A stretch of 64,000 bases of DNA from positions 1 to 64,000 of the IMG/VR virus record IMGVR_UViG_651703099_000001; one strand, given 5' to 3'. Source of the stretch: a virus. Lineage: Duplodnaviria; Caudoviricetes. Shown here one piece after another: positions 38,798 through 48,621 of this stretch. A program made the position numbers and the translations under genes. The notes beneath the pieces are model-generated. The model did no database searches, was not told the origin of the DNA, and saw only the letters and a list, made by a program, of their open reading frames with translations. Numbering within the stretch: position 1 is the first letter of the stretch; each line of letters opens with the position of its first letter.

Positions 38798-39916
38798 ATG
38801 GCTAACTTGATCAAACTGCGTCGCAGTGCCGTCCAAGGCAATATCCCTACGACGGCCCAGATCGCACTAGGCGAGCTTGCTTTGAACACATACGACGGCA
38901 AGTTGTATGCAAAGAAGTCGGTTGGCGGTGTTGAGTCAATCGTTGAGCTGAGCGGTGGCGGAGGAGGCGGCGGGACCACCGGTACGCCTCTGCGCTATTT
39001 GCACGTTGACGGCACAACTACTCAGAACCTGTCAACAACAGAAGTCACGCTCGACTTTGACACCACCATCACCTCCTCCGGCGCGGGTGACTTCACCGTA
39101 GGGAGCGGCGGCGAGATCACCGTACTCAACAACGGTACTTACTACGTTGAGTACAGCGCCACAGGCGACCAGACATCAGGCAACAACCGTGTGATAGTGT
39201 TCGCGCACCTTGAGGTGAACGGAACCGTTGTCACGGGCTCGCAGGCCAGTGTTTACTCCAGGAACATAGCTGATGGTGCGTTTAGCGCCGTTGGCTCATC
39301 CGTCGTCAACTTAAACGCAAACGATGTAATTAGGGTTAGGGCAAGCAGTGATATAAACTCGATTATTGCCACCATCGACAACAGCATTTCTGGCTTGTCG
39401 ATATTCAGCCTTAGCGGCTCTGGGCCTCAGGGAGAGCAGGGAATTCAGGGCCCGCAAGGAATTCAAGGCGAGCCAGGAATTCAAGGTGAGCAAGGAATTC
39501 AAGGCCCGCAAGGAATTCAAGGCGAGCCAGGAATTCAAGGTGAGCAAGGAATTCAAGGCGAGCAAGGAATTCAAGGCGAAACCGGTCCGGCCGGGCCAAC
39601 CGGGCCAGCGGGTCCTAGTGATATTCCCCAGAATGCAAAGACCACCTCTTACACGCTTATCAGTAGTGACAATGGCAAGCACATCAGCATTACCACTGGA
39701 GGCGTGACTGTACCCAGCGGGGTATTCAGCTCTGGCAACGTTATCTCTGTCTATAACAACAGCAGCACGGCGCAGACCGTCACACAGGGCACTGGGGTGA
39801 CCTTGCGCACAGGGGGCACCGCCACCACAGGGAACGTGACGCTAAGCCAGAGGGGGTTATGCACGATCCTCTGTGTTTCGTCTAACGAGTTCGTCGTTAC
39901 GGGGCATATTTCCTGA
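38798..39916 (+). CDS. Collagen-repeat fibre protein
   Basis: [19 protein letters not shown]; (G-X-Y)n; C-terminal SYTL..SDNGK domain. Confidence 0.85.
   Translation: MANLIKLRRSAVQGNIPTTAQIALGELALNTYDGKLYAKKSVGGVESIVELSGGGGGGGTTGTPLRYLHVDGTTTQNLSTTEVTLDFDTTITSSGAGDFTVGSGGEITVLNNGTYYVEYSATGDQTSGNNRVIVFAHLEVNGTVVTGSQASVYSRNIADGAFSAVGSSVVNLNANDVIRVRASSDINSIIATIDNSISGLSIFSLSGSGPQGEQGIQGPQGIQGEPGIQGEQGIQGPQGIQGEPGIQGEQGIQGEQGIQGETGPAGPTGPAGPSDIPQNAKTTSYTLISSDNGKHISITTGGVTVPSGVFSSGNVISVYNNSSTAQTVTQGTGVTLRTGGTATTGNVTLSQRGLCTILCVSSNEFVVTGHIS
39422..39616 (+). repeat. Collagen-like G-X-Y coding repeat
   Basis: GPQGEQGIQ... with near-identical nucleotide units. Confidence 0.9.
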
Positions 39917-41328
39917 TGGGTATTCACCAGGCACTGTTTGTATCCATCCCGGCTGGAGGCACCGGACCTGCACTTGGCTTATCCGATTCGCTATTGCAGG
40001 TGACTGGATTTGGGACCACTTACACCCAGCGGAGCGTAGACCTAAGCGCCTACGCGAACTCGACCGTCCGGTTGGTCTGGAGGGTTGTTCAAGGCTTTGA
40101 CTCCGCTACTGAGATTCGGATAGACAGTATTGCAATATCAGCAGAGTCAATATCGTATACTTTTAGCGCTGACAACGAATCGTTTGAGACAAGTACAAGC
40201 AGCAATACAAACTATTCAAACATAACATTCTCCTCTGTGCAAAACACGAACACGCAGGGGAGATGGTATAGGAACGCCTTGTTTGGGGGGCAGAATGACA
40301 ACAGCCGCGTAAGCACGGTTTCCCAGACCTTTGGATTTTTCGGGTATAACTTCTGGCTGAGAAGCCCAGAAATCACTTTAGGATCAAGCCCAGGAAGCGC
40401 CACCTTCTATGAGTTGAGGGATCACTCAGACGATGGCACAACGATAGATTTCTACGTTGATGTGATCTCAACCTCCGGCGGCGGTGGCGGCGGTGGCGGC
40501 GGTGGTGGTGGAAGCGCCACACCGGATCACAGCATCTTCACGTCGTCTACATCTTGGACGGTGCCAACAAACGTCACCAGCGTTGCGATTCTGTGTGTCG
40601 GCGCTGGCGGCGGTGGTGGTGGCTGTGATGACGATGATGAGACAGGTGGCGGCGGTGGTGGAGGCGCCCTGGCTTACGCCAACAGCATCTCCACGACTCC
40701 AGGGGAAACGCTCACGATCACGGTTGGAACCGGCGGAAGCGGTGGAGGTTCCGGGGGTGGCAACGGCGGTGCCGGCGGAAACAGCTCTGTTAGTCGTGGC
40801 GCCACCGTTCTTTGCTCAGCCGGCGGCGGTAGCGGCGGTCTAGGCGGGCGGTCGAGCTCAAACGCCGCTGGAGGCACGGTGATTACTGGCACCGGCGGTG
40901 CGGGGGGTGCTGGTGGCAGCGGTTCCAACAGAGACACCAATTTCGCTGGTGGCGGTGGTGGCGCCGGTGGCTACGCCGGATCGGGTGGTGCTGGTGGTAA
41001 CCAGGGCGTCACGAACGGTGCCACCGCCGGCAGCGGTGGTGGCGGTGGTGGTGGTGGTCGCTCCACCGCTCGGGCAAGCATTGGCGCGGGCGGCGGTGTG
41101 GGGATCTACGGCCAGGGCACCAATGGAACAGCCGGACAAGATTTTCAGGATGGGGGCGGCGGTTCCGGCGGTTCCGGCGGCAACGGCATCGGCGGCCTCT
41201 ATGGAGGTGGCGGTGGCGGTGGCCCTGACCAGCAGGCCGGCTACTCCGGCGCTAACGGTGCCGTCCGCATTTTGTGGGGCACCGGCCGCTCGTTCCCGTC
41301 CACCAACGTGAGCAGCGCTTCTGCGTAA
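39916..41328 (+). CDS. Glycine-rich fibre-tip protein
   Basis: WTVP..VTSV...CVGAGGGG and extensive Gly repeats. Confidence 0.85.
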   Translation: MGIHQALFVSIPAGGTGPALGLSDSLLQVTGFGTTYTQRSVDLSAYANSTVRLVWRVVQGFDSATEIRIDSIAISAESISYTFSADNESFETSTSSNTNYSNITFSSVQNTNTQGRWYRNALFGGQNDNSRVSTVSQTFGFFGYNFWLRSPEITLGSSPGSATFYELRDHSDDGTTIDFYVDVISTSGGGGGGGGGGGGSATPDHSIFTSSTSWTVPTNVTSVAILCVGAGGGGGGCDDDDETGGGGGGGALAYANSISTTPGETLTITVGTGGSGGGSGGGNGGAGGNSSVSRGATVLCSAGGGSGGLGGRSSSNAAGGTVITGTGGAGGAGGSGSNRDTNFAGGGGGAGGYAGSGGAGGNQGVTNGATAGSGGGGGGGGRSTARASIGAGGGVGIYGQGTNGTAGQDFQDGGGGSGGSGGNGIGGLYGGGGGGGPDQQAGYSGANGAVRILWGTGRSFPSTNVSSASA

Positions 41329-41367
41329 AGGTGGCCGGCAACTTAGGCGGACGAACAACTGCAGCCG

Positions 41368-41494
41368 GTGACTGAGCACCCAGGTCAACGAAGTAGAAGA
41401 GGCCCCACTTGATGGCGAGTACTATGTTCGCCAAAATGGAGCCTGGGTAAACATTAAGACAGCACTTACTGCCCTTAATGTGACCTGGAGCTAA
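41368..41494 (+). pseudogene. Small ORF with the EAPLDGEYYVRQNGAWV motif, broken by a 1-nt frameshift near its start
   Basis: GTG 41368 is 31 nt after GGCAACTTAG; the motif lies in the +1 frame. Confidence 0.5.
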
Positions 41495-41523
41495 TCGGCA
41501 TCCTAGCGCACTGCTTGCGTGTT

Positions 41524-42675
41524 ATGGAAACCTCCAAGGCTGGACTTGAGCTTATCAAGAGTTTCGAGGGACTTCGCCTGGAGGCGTACCCGGATCCTGG
41601 TACCGGCGGAGAGCCGTGGACCATTGGCTATGGCCATACTGGTGGCGTGAAGCCTGGTACCAAGATCACCAAGGAAAATGCTGAGCAACTACTGAAGCTG
41701 GGCCTGGACCGCTTTGAGCGGGCCGTGGACAAGCTGATCACGGTGCCCTTGACCCAGAATGAGTTCGACGCGCTCGTCAGTTTCACCTTTAACGTGGGCG
41801 AGGGCGCCCTGGAAGACAGCACACTTCGCAAACGCTTAAATAAGGGCGAGCCTAAGGCCACTGTATTAAAGGAAGAGCTGCCTCGCTGGAATAAGGGCGG
41901 CAGTGGTGTAATGGAAGGCCTGGTACGCCGTCGGGCCGCGGAAGTCAAGCTGGCCACCGAGCAAGTCACCGAGCAAGTGTCATTCCTGGAGAAGGCCGCA
42001 ATCCACTACAAGGGCGAGCCTCATCAGTTGGCCGCGTACCGCTGGCTGGAGTCCGTGCTGGACAAAGAAACCCTGGAGGGCTTCAAGGCCCGCTACAGGG
42101 GCGCACAGGCGCCTGTGGTGGAGCGTCCGCCGCTTATCGCTAAGTTCCCGTTAGATGTGCCGTATTTTCACCAGCGAGATAGCAAGACTGGCCACGGTGA
42201 GCGGATGTGCTTCTCCAGCTCCATGGCAATGGCCATTGAGTACCTGGACCCAGAGGCCATCGACGGTGACGACGATACCTACTTGCGTCAAGTATTTAAG
42301 TACGGCGACACTGTCTCCTCTGATGCTCAGATCAAGGCCGCCAGGTCGCTGGGCGTTCCCGCAAAATTCAGGACCGATGGGACCGAAGAGGACCTGGAGC
42401 GTCTGCTCGACGAAGGCATCCCCGTGCCTATCGGCATCTTGCATAAAGGTCATGTTACAAAGCCGACAGGTGGTGGCCACTGGATCTGCCTGATTGGCTA
42501 CGACAAGACCCACTTCTTTGTGCATGATCCGTTCGGGGAGCTAGACCTGGTCAACGGCGGCTATCCCAAGGCGGGTCCCACTGACGGCAAGAACCAGCGC
42601 TACAGCAAAAAGAATCTGCTAGGCCGCTGGCTGATTCGGAGTGATCATGATGGTTGGTTTGTCGAATTTGACTAA
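41524..42675 (+). CDS. Endolysin: GH24 lysozyme plus C39-like peptidase
   Basis: IKSFEG....Y.D....WTIGYGHT, FDALVSFTFNVG, GLVRRRAAE; VPYFHQRD..CFSS..GGGHW..HDPFG. Confidence 0.92.
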   Translation: METSKAGLELIKSFEGLRLEAYPDPGTGGEPWTIGYGHTGGVKPGTKITKENAEQLLKLGLDRFERAVDKLITVPLTQNEFDALVSFTFNVGEGALEDSTLRKRLNKGEPKATVLKEELPRWNKGGSGVMEGLVRRRAAEVKLATEQVTEQVSFLEKAAIHYKGEPHQLAAYRWLESVLDKETLEGFKARYRGAQAPVVERPPLIAKFPLDVPYFHQRDSKTGHGERMCFSSSMAMAIEYLDPEAIDGDDDTYLRQVFKYGDTVSSDAQIKAARSLGVPAKFRTDGTEEDLERLLDEGIPVPIGILHKGHVTKPTGGGHWICLIGYDKTHFFVHDPFGELDLVNGGYPKAGPTDGKNQRYSKKNLLGRWLIRSDHDGWFVEFD

Positions 42676-42709
42676 TTTTTAGGTAACCTTCTGGCGACGT
42701 AGTAAGATC

Positions 42710-42919
42710 ATGAAAGTCCTCGGTTTTCTACCTGGCTACTATTGGACAGGAAGCACGTTGAAAAGCACGGGTTCTGCCCTGTCTCCGACGCAGCACATGG
42801 ACCCAGAGACTGGAGAAGTGTTTTATTACGTCAGACCTTACTTTGACTGCGGCCCTACTGTTGGCCTGTACATCAAGCGGTCTGGACTGATGCGAGCTAT
42901 CGCTGAAGGGCGGGCATGA
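42710..42919 (+). CDS. Hypothetical protein
   Basis: ORF before the convergent terminator. Confidence 0.5.
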   Translation: MKVLGFLPGYYWTGSTLKSTGSALSPTQHMDPETGEVFYYVRPYFDCGPTVGLYIKRSGLMRAIAEGRA

Positions 42920-42947
42920 AAAAAGGGAGCCGAAGCTCCCTCTTTTC
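42919..42947. terminator. Bidirectional terminator
   Basis: A run, GGGAGC-CGAA-GCTCCC, T run, between convergent genes. Confidence 0.75.
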
Positions 42948-42990
42948 TTTCCCCCTTGAACCCCCCACGGGCTCCTCTCCAGTATACTGG

Positions 42991-43437
42991 TCAGTCGTCG
43001 TCTTCGTCGGACTCACGGCCGTAGCTGAGTCCCGTACCTGATTCCACCACGTCCTTGAGGTACTGGTGGACGCTGTCCTCATCCCAGTCGCAGTCGTTGA
43101 GCAGTGCGTTGCCGATTGCGTTCAGGGCCTGGGTGTGCTGGTCGGTCCAGTCGCCGTTCTCGAGGGCGTGCTCCTTGAGCTTGGTTGCATTGGAGAGCAG
43201 TTCCAGTTCGGTGGCCTGCTGCTCGAGTTCGAGTTGGGCCGCCTCTTCTGCGAGCTGCTCCTCGAAGCGCTCCTCGTCAACCTTCTTCATCAGGTAGATC
43301 CCGAGCTTGGCGACACCAGTCCTGGTCAAGCTGCCCAGGAATGCCACCACCCAGAGAATGACCTGGACGCTTTTGTCGATCAGGAAGATCGTAGCAAAGC
43401 TGCCAACGGCGACAGCATCAAAAAGCAGCTTTTTCAT
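42991..43437 (-). CDS. Membrane-associated acidic hypothetical protein
   Basis: Start MKKLLFDAV; hydrophobic N-terminus. Confidence 0.6.
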   Translation of the reverse strand: MKKLLFDAVAVGSFATIFLIDKSVQVILWVVAFLGSLTRTGVAKLGIYLMKKVDEERFEEQLAEEAAQLELEQQATELELLSNATKLKEHALENGDWTDQHTQALNAIGNALLNDCDWDEDSVHQYLKDVVESGTGLSYGRESDEDDD

Positions 43438-45139
43438 GGATCTGGCTGTAGGTGTCGTCGCCTTCGCGACCTTTGAGGATGGAAGAGGTTGGGTGGTTGA
43501 TGCGGATGACAGACTTCTCGATGAAGCCCCTGATCCCTTCAACTGACGAGGTCCGCTCGTTCCAGTAAGCCTGACGGCCACGGGTCTTGGCGTGCCACAG
43601 CTCAAGGTTACCAGTCGACACACGCTGGCCGTTGTCGTCATCGTTCTTCTCCTTGCGGAGAATCCAGACGGCGTGGGAGATATGGGCGATGGCATCGGTG
43701 CCCCGAATCTGGTCCAGGCCAGGGGCCTGCTTGGCGGACAATGAATCCATGCCTACACGGTTCATCTGGGCCAGGGCCACCAGGTCGATGTCCAGTTCCT
43801 TGGCGGCGGTCATCAGCTTATAGGCACGCTCCTCAAGCATGGTTGCCTCGTTGCTGGGCGCCCCCTTGTGGCGAGCCAGGCAGTGGAAGTGATCCAGGAC
43901 TACCAGGCGCAGCTCGGGGTTGCGGGCCTTCATGGATCGCATGGAGCTGACAACCGCGTCAACATCCGCACCCCAGGGAGCCTCCACGAGCAGCTTGCCT
44001 CCACTGGCTTGCAACTGTGCGGCGGCATTGGCAATACGGCCAGTGATCTCATCCTTCTTGGCTTCAGGCGGAGCCATGATCGAACCAGAGAAGATCATGT
44101 CCTGCTGGCAGGTTGCGGTTTGTGCTGTGACGGATGACCACAGGCGGGCGTAGATACTGCCTTCGTCAAGCTCCGCTGAGATGAAGCCAACTGTGACGCC
44201 ACCCAGGGCGGCGGCTGCGGCGATCTGTACACCTACCTGGGTCTTACCATCGCCAGTACGACCGCAGAGGGTGAATACTCGGCCGCCACCCAGATCGTCT
44301 GGACGCAACCCGCCTTCCATATCGATGTCTAGGGCAAGAATCCCAGTCGATACAGGCTTCACGCTGGCGTCGGTATTCCAGATCTTGTCGATAAAACCTG
44401 CGCGGCCCTCGCTGGCGTACAGATCATCGGTCATATCTCGATAATTGCCCTGCTGGCCAACAGATCCGCGGAGCAGGCCCAGGCACTCCATGGAGCGCTG
44501 CTGGAGGAACTCAATGTTCTTCTCTAGCTTGGAGTCGGCGCGTGTCACCTGTTCGGCAACGTGCAGGGTCTCTTTGTACATCGCCTTTACACGCTGTTTG
44601 CGCAGGAGGTCCAGGGCGGTGTTCCACTCGGACTCTTCGGCCCCGTAAGTCTTCATGGTCTCCTTGAGACCCAGCGTTGTGGCCGTCTTGCTCAGCTCTG
44701 ACAAGGGCACCTGATTGAACTGGCTAGCCCCGATGAGGTCGGTGTGCATCGAGATGATAGCCGCTACCGAAATCACCTCGAAGTCGGCATCGCCCAGGAA
44801 GATCTTGTCGACGTAACAACCGATGGAGCGAAACACCCTGGTGGACCAGAAGTACTCTGGGAACGGCTGGCCATGACCGACGCCGATGGCAGCACGCAGC
44901 TCTGACCACAAGTGGCGAGCAACTCCACTGGGAGATGACAGGACACGGCAAAGAACGATCGCCTCCTGGTCTTTGGTGTCGTCCATTTTGGCCGTGGTGG
45001 TCGGCTGCAGCTTCTCGATCAGGCGGGCGGTGCCCATTGCCGTTTCGACGGCCTCCTTGTTGCAGCCCGTGATCTTGCCGCCTTCGGCCTGGAGTAGGCC
45101 CAGGTCGACGGCTTTCTGGATGTAGTGGGGGAAGTTCAT
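43418..45139 (-). CDS. dnaB: DnaB-like replicative helicase
   Basis: GRTGDGKT, FISAE, VVLDHF, LAQMNR, IRGTDAIAH. Confidence 0.9.
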   Translation of the reverse strand: MNFPHYIQKAVDLGLLQAEGGKITGCNKEAVETAMGTARLIEKLQPTTTAKMDDTKDQEAIVLCRVLSSPSGVARHLWSELRAAIGVGHGQPFPEYFWSTRVFRSIGCYVDKIFLGDADFEVISVAAIISMHTDLIGASQFNQVPLSELSKTATTLGLKETMKTYGAEESEWNTALDLLRKQRVKAMYKETLHVAEQVTRADSKLEKNIEFLQQRSMECLGLLRGSVGQQGNYRDMTDDLYASEGRAGFIDKIWNTDASVKPVSTGILALDIDMEGGLRPDDLGGGRVFTLCGRTGDGKTQVGVQIAAAAALGGVTVGFISAELDEGSIYARLWSSVTAQTATCQQDMIFSGSIMAPPEAKKDEITGRIANAAAQLQASGGKLLVEAPWGADVDAVVSSMRSMKARNPELRLVVLDHFHCLARHKGAPSNEATMLEERAYKLMTAAKELDIDLVALAQMNRVGMDSLSAKQAPGLDQIRGTDAIAHISHAVWILRKEKNDDDNGQRVSTGNLELWHAKTRGRQAYWNERTSSVEGIRGFIEKSVIRINHPTSSILKGREGDDTYSQIHEKAAF

Positions 45140-46215
45140 GCGTGCTCCTTCTGGTACCAAGTGTAAGAGTCGACGAGAGGGGTCTCGCGCCATTTGGGTG
45201 AGATCATGTTACGAGGATCGACAAAGTCACGAGGAGTGAGCTGCTGGCCAATATACCCCTCGAAGCACTTGCCAAGAAAGTCCTCGTAACTTTCCGCAAC
45301 ACCGAGCTTGGTTTTTGCCATCTGGATCATGCTGAGCACAACCCTGTCGGCCCTACAGGATGCCCATCCCTCCTTGCGCGTCTTGTCCCAGGCGTCCGCG
45401 ATTTCGTTGAACTCTTCAGTCGTCCGCTTTGCCTCCTCGGCCTGGGCCGCCTCGACCTCGTCCATCTTGCGGAACTCCTCCTCTTGGCGGCGGCGGATCG
45501 CTTCCACGTTGGCAGCACCACGCTGTTCCTTGCGCTCGATGGTCAGGCCGCTCTTGTAGAGCTTCTCGACGTTGAAGAATTTCTTGTCATCGAGGTTCGC
45601 ACCGAACCCGAATACCTTGGTGGCGTTCATGTCCTTACTGCTCCACCAGTCGTCAGCACCGGCACCGCGGAGCACTGCGCCGATGAAGGCGTCGTAGTCG
45701 TCGCGGTCAATGCCCAGGCGCTTGCTCTGGGTGTCGATGGCGATAAGGAGCGGCTTGTTCAGAGAGCCATCGAGCTGCAAGTAGCTCTCGGGCTTGTGCT
45801 TGTTCCATGCTTCCTTGATCCGCTCCCAGCGATCCTTCTCGGTCAGGCCAGTGGGCTTGCGCTTTGGCTGCTCTTCAATCTCGGTCGCAATCAGCTTGGC
45901 CTTCGGCTGCTCTGGCACATACTCGACCAGCTCGGTGTCCTCATCGCCAGAGAACGGCCAAAGCTCGAAGTTGCCATCAGCAAGGCGGACGACACCCTGC
46001 TGCTCCCAAACCTTGATGTACTTTCGCCAGGTGCTGTAGGGGCGTCCAACCCTCTCGCAGTAGGCCTCTTGGCTCTTGAAGCTGAACCCTGCATACGAGT
46101 ACAGCTCGATCAGGGCGTTCCAGGCGGCCGAGTGAGTGCGGCCAGCCTTGTGGCGGGCAACGTCGTTCGCCACCTGGGCGTAGTCGCCAGAGAGCTGGCG
46201 TCTGAGAATCTCCAT
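45136..46215 (-). CDS. Putative replication initiator
   Basis: N-terminal wHTH-like region; directly upstream of the helicase and next to the iterons. Confidence 0.65.
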   Translation of the reverse strand: MEILRRQLSGDYAQVANDVARHKAGRTHSAAWNALIELYSYAGFSFKSQEAYCERVGRPYSTWRKYIKVWEQQGVVRLADGNFELWPFSGDEDTELVEYVPEQPKAKLIATEIEEQPKRKPTGLTEKDRWERIKEAWNKHKPESYLQLDGSLNKPLLIAIDTQSKRLGIDRDDYDAFIGAVLRGAGADDWWSSKDMNATKVFGFGANLDDKKFFNVEKLYKSGLTIERKEQRGAANVEAIRRRQEEEFRKMDEVEAAQAEEAKRTTEEFNEIADAWDKTRKEGWASCRADRVVLSMIQMAKTKLGVAESYEDFLGKCFEGYIGQQLTPRDFVDPRNMISPKWRETPLVDSYTWYQKEHA

Positions 46216-46255
46216 GATTGGAATCCTTGGGGGGCTTTTCCAGTATATCAGGTTA

Positions 46256-46372
46256 TGCCCAGCCAGTGGGCATGTCCACTCACTGGGCATGTCCAGCCAG
46301 TGGGCACCTCTTATGCCCACTCAGTGGACAGTCCCTCTATATATATTAAAAACATATCTTTGAAAACATACT
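46256..46372. repeat. Probable replication origin: four 17-bp dyad iterons plus an AT-rich tract
   Basis: TGYCCA-N5-TGGRCA at 46256, 46273, 46290, 46314; AT-rich 46338-46372. Confidence 0.8.
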
Positions 46373-46714
46373 ATGAGGCTCAGCCATCAGGAAGCAGAAG
46401 CCAGGAGGCAGCTCTACGAGGAGGGCGGGAAGGCCATTGGAGAGCTCCTGTGCACCTACCCCGAGAAGGAGCCGCAGATCTGGAAGCTGGTCGCAGGTGC
46501 TGGCCTGTGGACCCGCAAGGACCTGGCGGCCTTCAAGTCCCTGTGGAGGAGGGACCATCCAGTCGAGTACAGCAGGATCAAGCAGGCCAGGTACGACCGC
46601 AAGCAACTTGCCCGACGGCGGGCCGCTAAACTGGAAAAAACACGGGAGGCCAGCAAGCCGCAGGCCATGCCCACCGAACGCAGACCTCGGAAAGACCTGA
46701 GGGACCGAAAGTGA
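46373..46714 (+). CDS. Basic hypothetical protein
   Basis: ORF divergent from the origin. Confidence 0.55.
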   Translation: MRLSHQEAEARRQLYEEGGKAIGELLCTYPEKEPQIWKLVAGAGLWTRKDLAAFKSLWRRDHPVEYSRIKQARYDRKQLARRRAAKLEKTREASKPQAMPTERRPRKDLRDRK

Positions 46715-46932
46715 GCCAACGACACACGAACATCCTGCGCATGCTGGGCTCTGCTGGCCTTTGCGGTGCGTACCTGCTGATCACCTCGGGGTTGGTATGG
46801 CAAGGGGTGGTGCTGAACTCGATTTGCCAGTTCCTGCTCATGCCCTTTGCGATCCGCACGCGGTCGTGGGACTTCCTGGGCCTGTCTGGTTTCTTCCTCG
46901 GTTACAACCTGAAGTTCTTGCTCGGGTTCTGA
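46711..46932 (+). CDS. Small multi-TM protein
   Basis: Three hydrophobic segments. Confidence 0.55.
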   Translation: MSQRHTNILRMLGSAGLCGAYLLITSGLVWQGVVLNSICQFLLMPFAIRTRSWDFLGLSGFFLGYNLKFLLGF

Positions 46933-46969
46933 CCTGCTATACTGGGTGAGTACCTCTACGAGGAATCGT

Positions 46970-47674
46970 ATGGCTGACATCCCCCAACTGAAAGGTCTGG
47001 TCACCAAGGACATGGTGAAAACCATTGGCACGGGCCGTTACGCGGCCGAGTACGTGCCCTGGAGCAAGATTGCTGAGCTGATGCAAAAGCACGCGCCTGG
47101 CTGGATGCCTGAGTGTGTGCCGAACGCGGACGGAGACGTTCTGCACCGTGCACCTGTCGGCGGCTACTTGCAGATCCGCTTTGTGCACCTCGACGGAACC
47201 GCAACCCCTGCTTACCCGCAGGCAGTTCAGGACAATCGCCACGCTGCCATCCCGTATGAGAAGATCACCGCTCGAGATCTGACCGATACCCAGCGTCGTG
47301 GCTGGTGCCTGGCTGCAGCCGCAGTTTTCGGTATTGGCGTTGAACTCTGGACTCGCGACGCCCTCGAACAGGGCTACAGCAATGCTGAGTTCGCCGCAGA
47401 GACCCTCGAGGCTCCCAAGGCCCCTGCAGCGGCCCCAAAGGCTGCTCCTGCGGCCAAGAAGGCTGCACCGGAGACTACTGGTGGCACTTCTGAGGCGACT
47501 GAGGCCGCATTTCGCGAAGCCGCCCTTGCCAAGGGAGTCGACACCCGCGCCATCGACGCAATCGTCGCCAAGCTCGGCGGTAAGTGGGAGGCAGGTCTCA
47601 AGACCCTCGCAGCCAAGAGCGCAGAGGAGCTCAACGCCAAGTACGCCCCCGCAGAGGACGGCGAGCAGTGGTGA
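46970..47674 (+). CDS. ssDNA annealing protein (DUF1071/Sak3-like)
   Basis: YVPWS...W...DNRHAAI...ITARDLTD..RR.......FGIGVELW. Confidence 0.7.
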   Translation: MADIPQLKGLVTKDMVKTIGTGRYAAEYVPWSKIAELMQKHAPGWMPECVPNADGDVLHRAPVGGYLQIRFVHLDGTATPAYPQAVQDNRHAAIPYEKITARDLTDTQRRGWCLAAAAVFGIGVELWTRDALEQGYSNAEFAAETLEAPKAPAAAPKAAPAAKKAAPETTGGTSEATEAAFREAALAKGVDTRAIDAIVAKLGGKWEAGLKTLAAKSAEELNAKYAPAEDGEQW

Positions 47675-47740
47675 CCCATTAGAGAGCTTTATCCAGTTCT
47701 TCCAGGGCATAGAAATTGATTATCAGGAGGGTTCTGTCGC

Positions 47741-47770
47741 TTGACAGGCCCTCTTTTTTATTGGTATACT
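47741..47770 (+). promoter_or_regulatory. Sigma70-type promoter of the RpoD-like gene
   Basis: TTGACA-18 nt-TATACT with extended TG; SD GGAGG at 47792. Confidence 0.8.
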
Positions 47771-47803
47771 CGCAGAGTAATCAAACCTCATGGAGGTAAC
47801 GCA

Positions 47804-48589
47804 ATGACCGATCCCATCACCGCCTGGCTCAATAACGCTGCTCGCTACGAGCTTCTGACAGCAGAGCAGACCATTGAACTGGGCCGCAAGATTCAAGCCG
47901 CTGAGGAAGGCTCCCCTGAGCGCATCAAGCTGGTCAACAAGCTTTGTCAGCACAACCTGCGCCTGGTGGCCAAATTCACCCGCGCCTACATGAAGGGCGG
48001 CACCCGCAAGCTCACCTGGGGTGGCGACGAGACCATGGACCTCCTGCAAGAGGGCTACTTCGGCCTCCGTCGTGCCGCCAACAAGTTTGACCCCGAGCGC
48101 GGCTACACCTTTGCTACCTATGCCAACGCCTGGGTTCGCCAGGCCCTCGGCAAGTATCATGTTGACAAGCTGAGCCTGATCCGAGTTCCCGAGTCGTCGG
48201 CCCGTGAGATCTTCTACTACGACGCTCATGGCAAGCCCCGCAACAGCAAAACCTCAGCATGGGTAGCAGACGCAGCCCGCGCTGCTCGAGCCGCTTATGG
48301 CCTGGTGTCTTATGACAACAAACTGGCCGACGAGGAGCATTCGGTAATCGACCTGCTCTCTGACGAAAACCGCGTCCATGACGGTAAGTGTGAGATTTCT
48401 TATGATCGCTACGACCAGCTCATGGAGGATGTCGGCATTGACGAAGCTACCCGTCGGGTGATCATCTCATACTGCAAGCGCGGTAATCTCGACACTGCGA
48501 TGGCCAAGCACAAGGTCCCCCAGACCAGCAAGGCCCGCGCCCATATCCGCGGCGCTATTGCCCAGATCAAAGCCCACTGCGGCCAGTAA
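47804..48589 (+). CDS. RpoD-like sigma factor
   Basis: DPITAWL...LLTAEQ (1.2), NLRLV, DLLQEG..GL.RAA.KFDPERGYTFATYA..WVRQA (2). Confidence 0.92.
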   Translation: MTDPITAWLNNAARYELLTAEQTIELGRKIQAAEEGSPERIKLVNKLCQHNLRLVAKFTRAYMKGGTRKLTWGGDETMDLLQEGYFGLRRAANKFDPERGYTFATYANAWVRQALGKYHVDKLSLIRVPESSAREIFYYDAHGKPRNSKTSAWVADAARAARAAYGLVSYDNKLADEEHSVIDLLSDENRVHDGKCEISYDRYDQLMEDVGIDEATRRVIISYCKRGNLDTAMAKHKVPQTSKARAHIRGAIAQIKAHCGQ

Positions 48590-48621
48590 ACTGTAAGTAC
48601 ACCTTTTCAAGGAACCGAACA

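Noticed and set aside
40470-41230. GGC/GGT microsatellite or contingency locus
   Set aside because: Explained by glycine-rich coding sequence with mixed codons
46256-46330. Mini-CRISPR
   Set aside because: The 17-bp units abut without spacers; the context fits iterons
45484-46629. 381-aa plus-strand ORF
   Set aside because: Antisense shadow of the initiator gene that runs through the origin repeats; no recognisable motifs
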